From positions 124,001-188,000 of the forward strand of contig JASANG010001649.1 of assembly GCA_030248215.1 (NCBI GenBank): a stretch of DNA of 64,000 nt, read 5' to 3'. Position numbers and translations under genes: made by a program. Source of the DNA: Enoplolaimus lenunculus. Taxonomy: Eukaryota. This document shows, piece after piece, positions 61,001 through 64,000 of this stretch. The notes under the pieces are model-generated. The model was not told the origin of the DNA. It saw only the letters and a list, made by a program, of their open reading frames with translations, and ran no database searches. Numbering within the stretch: the stretch's first letter is position 1; every line of letters begins with the position of its first letter.

Positions 61001-63836
61001 CATTGTGCGATCTATTATCATCACCATCATAAGCAACATATGCTAACTTCGCAACATCTTTATACTCGTAATAATATGTATGGCGGTAAGTTATCAGTTG
61101 CAATGGTAACTATATTCTGAGTCGTGAAGGTCTTCTATTTATCACCACAGTTGGTAACTGGATAGTTCCAAACGCTAATTGTTGTTAAATATGGAACAAG
61201 CAACCACAGGCGTGTACAAATACAAGGGGGTATATATCGTTCTCGAAATTTCTGGAAAGACTCAAAAAGGCACGTTTACATGCCGTAGAATAAGTGGAAA
61301 AGATGAAAAAATTTCAAGCTCGCTACGCTCGTTCGCAAAAAAAAGTTCAGATGTGGTTGTTCTCTTTCGAAAAACTCTTGGCGAAGCCACTGCAACCAGC
61401 TACACGACCCTCGGTTATTTCCATTGCGCTATTATTTCGCTGTCAATTAATGAGAGAGAGGGATGTTTTCACTGAGCGTAGCCAAGAACTTCGCGGTACT
61501 TTCCGTTATTCCCTTCCAGCCCGCGCTTACCCAAAAATCGTTGGACTTCAAAAATTTTTTTTACATATTTGAGCTTCTCATGACCTCCGCTGATCATTTC
61601 ACGCCTAAATTTGAATTTTTAAAAAAATCGATTTTTAGGGTCCCGACGTCTGGGCAAAAAATTTTTGTCAAAAAGTTTGTCAAATTATATACCATTCGAT
61701 GAAGCTTGTGCAGCTGAGTTCAATGGTGGTGAATTTTTCGCAAACAGACGATTGATTAATGAGTTATTGCCAATAACTGATTTGGTGCGCTGCCAACGAT
61801 TTGGAACGGCGCCAAATCAGTTACTTGACCATAATTTGTCAGTCAATCGTCTAATTACGGCTAATTTAACATTATTTGAGTCAGCTCTGTATGCTGCGTT
61901 GAATGGTACATAAATTTCTCAAATTTTTTGCGAAATGTTTTTTGGGCTTAGGGGGGACCTTGAGACCTTAAAAATAGAATTTTTTAAACATTCCAATGTA
62001 GGCGTGAATAAGCTGGAGAGGTCTTGAGAAGTCCAAATATGCAAAAAAATTTTCAACATCGAACCATTTTTGAGCAAACGCGGGCTGGTGGGATAAACGG
62101 AAAACACCCGAATTTCGAGGGATTTGTTGTGTTGGAAACTGAAACCATGTTTAAAATCTCTGTACAAAAATCCCAAAGGAAGGTCTGACACTTAACTCCT
62201 CCGGCTACGCCCTTGAAGTTTTCACAGTTTTCGTCTATACAGAGTGCGCCTAACAATGCTGGGTAGGAAAAAGTGAACCACCAGGTGCGCATTTTCACCT
62301 CTAGTCTAAAATTAGTTCTATCTTATTGAAAGTTTCTGTTGCATTTTCTAAAAATGTTCTTATCGACTAAAGTAATAATTCTTAATTCAGAGTCTGGTGC
62401 GACCGGATATCCAGCTGTGGCAAAAAATCGACATCAGGTTGCCGCTACGGCATTCTATTCTGCCCGATATTTATGCTGAAAAGTATACCGTAATCCTTTA
62501 TTAAAATTCGATTTTTCTAGGGTTTCCACGAGCTATTAACCAGCCGAATGTCTACTATGCACCACCAAATTCAATGCAAGCCTACAGTAGCGCTAGCTAT
62601 ATACCTCAGTCGTACCCAGCATATGCCTCGAGCTACGACCCGCACCATGCTCACGAATTTCATGGACTGCTTCTCCCCAAGGGCCCTGCTGACGACGCCG
62701 CTTCTGCCGCCGGCCATCTTTCGACTGTTGATCGATCTAGGGCAGAGTCTGACGAACCGGAAATGATACCTGATCCTCCAACGGCGTACTCATCGGCGAC
62801 GAGCTACATTGCTACAAGTTCGGTTGCAAATACTATGTGTCAACAGACGCAACTATGGCAACAACAGCAACCAGAACAAAAACATCAACAACAACAACAA
62901 CAACATCATCATCAACAGCAACTATCGGCATTTGTTCGACCGACCCCCCAATTTCCAGGGCCACCTAACCATCCTATGATGATGTTAAGACGACAGACTA
63001 CCGAGCCTATTATGGTTCATCAACGACGGGCAGGGGTCGGAATACCACCAGCGCCAGTTGCAGTTGCAACTCAACATATCGCGACACAACAAACGCAACT
63101 GGCGTATATGGTAGCGCCGCCACAGTCTACGGCGTCCGGGGGTCCGTTTCCTGGATTTAGTGGCCGATCAATTTCTGTGAAGGACGAAGGCGGTGAAGCT
63201 CACGGAATGACGTATTTTCCAGGTAAGGGTTTTACTTAGGTGTACGCGGGTCGGTATGAAAGAGCCACAGTGAGTCTCGGGGCGCAAACGGAATTCAGAT
63301 TTAAATTAGAATTACAATTCTAATCCAAGTACCGGTTCCGATTCCGATTGGCGATTACAGGTATAATTACCTTCTGAATTGTAATTGGTCATCGTTTCTA
63401 ACCTGCTCTATTTGCAATTATTTACAAATCAACCCGCAGTTTGTAAAGTTTCAGTTCTCAGCGTGAATTTGTTTATACGGGCTTCGAAAATTATAATTTC
63501 TATTTTTTATTTCGATTCTGTTAAAACTCAATTTCGAGTTGCACACTGATTCGTCATATGGAGGCTTTGGTGGATGATATGGCGGTTTTGGCGGATCATA
63601 CGGTGTATCGACGACTGGATCAGGAAGGCGTCAGAAAGTATAGCTTCATTGCCTGCAGAGGTGATTCTATTTATGTATTACTGTTTTATTTTCAGACGGC
63701 CGAGTATCTGACGCAACTATGCAACAACATCATGGAGCTTTTACATGCAATGAGTCTCATGGAAGTTCAGCTCAGCATACAAATCGATCATCGCCTGAAT
63801 CAAACAAATCCTCTGGCAGATATCATACTGGAACAA
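22288..63836 (+). CDS. CEP170: FHA-domain protein with CEP170/CEP170B-like N-terminus; at least 7 exons, probably continues beyond the window (gene span)
   Basis: Exons 22288-22428, 40440-40529, 47434-47510, 47844-48130, 60479-61085, 62521-63222, 63696-63836. Spliced N-terminus TNWVLLSGLGRKYELTRKDLVFGR..DVMLL/SRSAEKRHAVIRFNPDDDTYEIEDLDTTHG/TYVNDKK(fs)VTQTVVQLKDKDLLTFGR/DPTSY aligns by eye with the CEP170 FHA as I recall it (WFLVSSGG..VGR..LMLQ SRSVDKQHAVINYD..KDLGSLNG TFVND..LKLEDKLRFGYD). One frame correction is needed in exon 3. The symbol rests on the FHA only; additional exons between 48130 and 60479 cannot be excluded. Confidence 0.72.
25268..25832 (+). mobile_element. hAT-like MITE family E with nested family A element
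   Basis: Perfect 8-bp TSD CAATGTAA at 25260-25267 and 25833-25840. Confidence 0.75.
25377..25582 (-). mobile_element. Family A telomere-repeat MITE
   Basis: GGCCCATGTAAAGATCAGGGGCGG...(TTAGGC)n...TACTTTGGCC, TSD CAGGCAGT/CAGTCAGT. Confidence 0.82.
27343..27506 (+). mobile_element. Family A telomere-repeat MITE
   Basis: GGTCAATGTATAG...CCCTGATTTTTACATGGGCC, flanks GTCTAAATT/GCCTAAATG; further copies near 26670, 28488, 29801, 30474, 30897, 34310, 34925, 35660. Confidence 0.72.
28687..28778 (+). pseudogene. Possible Ty1/copia-type reverse transcriptase relic
   Basis: With one frameshift reads GIIYVD(D)VLITTDDDIEWFKKAIADKFTMN, resembling the copia YVDD-x-LI...F-K..L..KF-x-M block; very short. 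Confidence 0.45.
29967..30130 (-). mobile_element. hAT-like MITE family C nested in a family A element (29801-30248)
   Basis: CAGGCCCGTAGCCAG...TTGGCTACGGGCCCG, perfect TSD GTCTCAGC. Confidence 0.87.
33516..33914 (+). mobile_element. hAT-like MITE family F
   Basis: Colinear with 19890-20301; ends CGGTTACACCTTG; flanks GTATTGAG/GTAATAAG. Confidence 0.62.
34750..34880 (+). pseudogene. Possible non-LTR (CR1/L2-like) reverse transcriptase relic
   Basis: AIYHGKAFDLVS* followed by MLHNMSICG; resembles the LINE RT AIFLDxxKAFDxVxH..LL.KL..YG block, with stops and frameshifts. Confidence 0.45.
39018..39210 (-). mobile_element. Family A telomere-repeat MITE
   Basis: GGTTCATGTAACGATCAGGGGCG...GGCCCTGTTTTATACATTGGCC, TSD AAATCTTG/AAATCTTA. 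Confidence 0.8.
39984..40057. repeat. (TA)37 microsatellite
   Basis: Uninterrupted TA dinucleotide run. Confidence 0.95.
40440..40529 (+). CDS. FHA gene exon 2
   Basis: TTGTTTTAG acceptor, SRSAEKRHAVIRFNPDDDTYEIEDLDTTHG, donor GTAAGA; FHA H-A-x-I and DLxT/SxxG motifs. Confidence 0.9.
41188..41359 (+). mobile_element. hAT-like MITE family C
   Basis: CGGGCCCGTAGCCAG...CCGGCTATTGGTATG, flanks TGTTTAGA/CATTCAGA. Confidence 0.75.
45483..45630 (+). mobile_element. tRNA-derived dispersed repeat (family H)
   Basis: A box TGGTGTAGTGG 45524-45534, B box GGTTCGATTCC 45567-45577, poorly paired anticodon arm; homologous to 47178-47321 and 1308-1445. Confidence 0.7.
46893..47063 (-). mobile_element. Telomere-repeat MITE family B
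   Basis: GGGCCCATGTTACTTTTAG...(TTAGGC)n...CTAAAAGTAATATTTGCC, perfect TSD AACAAGTG; other copies near 17466 and 37381. Confidence 0.82.
47178..47321 (+). mobile_element. tRNA-derived dispersed repeat (family H), second copy
   Basis: TGTAGTGGTAG...GTTCGACTCCCGG with the same 5' leader and 3' tail as 45483-45630. Confidence 0.65.
47434..47510 (+). CDS. FHA gene exon 3 (frameshift in A7 run at 47449-47455)
   Basis: TTTTAG acceptor, TYVNDKK in one frame and VTQTVVQLKDKDLLTFGR in the +1 frame, donor GTAAGC. Confidence 0.85.
47844..48130 (+). CDS. FHA gene exon 4
   Basis: TTTCAG acceptor, phase 1, (D)PTSYRILRMDHTSQ...AARNAND, donor GTGAGT. Confidence 0.85.
48974..49041 (+). tRNA. tRNA-like element / pseudo-tRNA, anticodon position GGT (Thr), D-loop truncated
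   Basis: Cloverleaf: acceptor GGCTGCG/CGCATCC (6 of 7 pairs), D stem GCTC/GAGC with 3-nt loop, anticodon stem GCGGA/TCCGT with loop CCGGTAA, T arm GTGGG-TTCGAGC-CCCAC. Confidence 0.6.
50017..50265 (+). mobile_element. Tc1/mariner-like MITE family D, internally deleted
   Basis: TA|CTATAGTGGCCCGAATAAGAG...TTCGGGTCACAAAAG|TA; lacks about 200 bp present in the 21455 copy. Confidence 0.72.
51147..51310 (+). mobile_element. hAT-like MITE family C
   Basis: Family C internal sequence, TSD TACATAAG/TACATAGG. Confidence 0.75.
51966..52337 (+). mobile_element. hAT-like MITE family E
   Basis: TIRs CAGGGTGCAATCGGA / TTCGGTTGTACCCTG with CCGGAG repeats. Confidence 0.7.
52788..52956 (+). mobile_element. 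Telomere-repeat MITE family B
   Basis: GGCCAATGCTACTTT...(GCCTAA)n...AAACATGAACC, TSD AAAATGTT/GAAATGTT. Confidence 0.75.
55650..55897 (+). mobile_element. Family I MULE-like telomere-repeat MITE containing a family G fragment
   Basis: GAATCTACGATAATTCGTCGCCCG...GAATTGCCGTGATACC, 9-bp TSD AATTATAAA/AAATATAAA. Confidence 0.7.
56105..56261 (-). mobile_element. hAT-like MITE family C
   Basis: CAGGCCCGTAG..., TSD TATGCGCC/TATGCGTC. Confidence 0.75.
58873..59463. repeat. 295-bp direct tandem duplication
   Basis: 58873-59167 and 59168-59463 appear identical except one inserted T (GTTTAATGG vs GTTTATATGG). Confidence 0.92.
60479..61085 (+). CDS. FHA gene exon 5 (Pro/His/Cys-rich)
   Basis: TTTTCAG acceptor, 202 open codons NNNTEEDQNQQQQ...MDHPIV...NNMYG, donor GTAAGT, phase 0 to 1. 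Confidence 0.85.
61490..62195. mobile_element. Non-autonomous DNA transposon with about 150-bp inverted arms
   Basis: 61490-61645 is the approximate reverse complement of 61955-62115; internal ACCATTCGATG..GCTTG motif shared with 37540-37700; right end abuts TTAA. Confidence 0.6.
62521..63222 (+). CDS. FHA gene exon 6 (poly-Gln/His, Pro-rich)
   Basis: TTTTTCTAG acceptor, 702 nt open, (G)FPRAINQPNVYYAPPNSMQAY...GMTYFP, donor GTAAGG, phase 1 to 1. Confidence 0.87.
63696..63836 (+). CDS. FHA gene exon 7
   Basis: TTTTCAG acceptor, (D)GRVSDATMQQHHG...RYHTGT, donor GTAAGG at 63837; alternatively reads through to a stop at 63961. Confidence 0.75.
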
Positions 63837-64000
63837 GTAAGGGTGGTGCTATACGTTTTAAAAATTTTAATGTCTTCCGACGTCGTCTGTCATTATGCGG
63901 TAGCCTACGTGAATTGAAATCTGGCGCAGTACGCTATTCTTTGTACGATACCGCGCAGTAACGGACCGCAGGTTACATCAGTCTGCAACCGGAATCCCGA

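Noticed and set aside
63558..63917. 119-aa ORF overlapping exon 7
   Set aside because: Different frame from the one dictated by the phase-1 junction with exon 6, and it runs through a clear polypyrimidine/TTTCAG acceptor.

Overview
Eukaryotic, intron-rich genomic DNA, very probably from a nematode (inference: abundant TTAGGC/GCCTAA telomere-type hexamers, TTTCAG-type splice acceptors, LEC-1-like galectin). No prokaryotic-type system, CRISPR array or rRNA is present, and most entries in the ORF track are spurious. I reconstructed three spliced genes by hand from GT-AG boundaries and phase continuity. (1) A 5-exon gene on + (1811-6608) for a 232-aa secreted protein with 10 mature Cys that I cannot assign to a family. 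(2) A 7-exon tandem-repeat galectin on - (13624-8673, 283 aa). (3) A large + strand gene (22288 to at least 63836, probably continuing past the window) with an N-terminal CEP170-like FHA domain, introns up to 18 kb, a frame disruption in an A7 run inside the FHA domain, and a His/Cys/Gln/Pro-rich low-complexity region. The rest is a dense, nested mosaic of non-autonomous DNA transposons (hAT-like, Merlin/MULE-like, Tc1/mariner-like, CMC-like), tRNA-derived repeats, tiny retroelement relics, a 295-bp tandem duplication and a (TA)37 tract. The most striking non-genic pattern is that several distinct G-terminated MITE families with 8-9 bp target duplications carry internal arrays of the nematode telomeric repeat TTAGGC, while the hAT-, Tc1- and CMC-like families do not. 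All homology statements come from recalled family motifs, not database searches.
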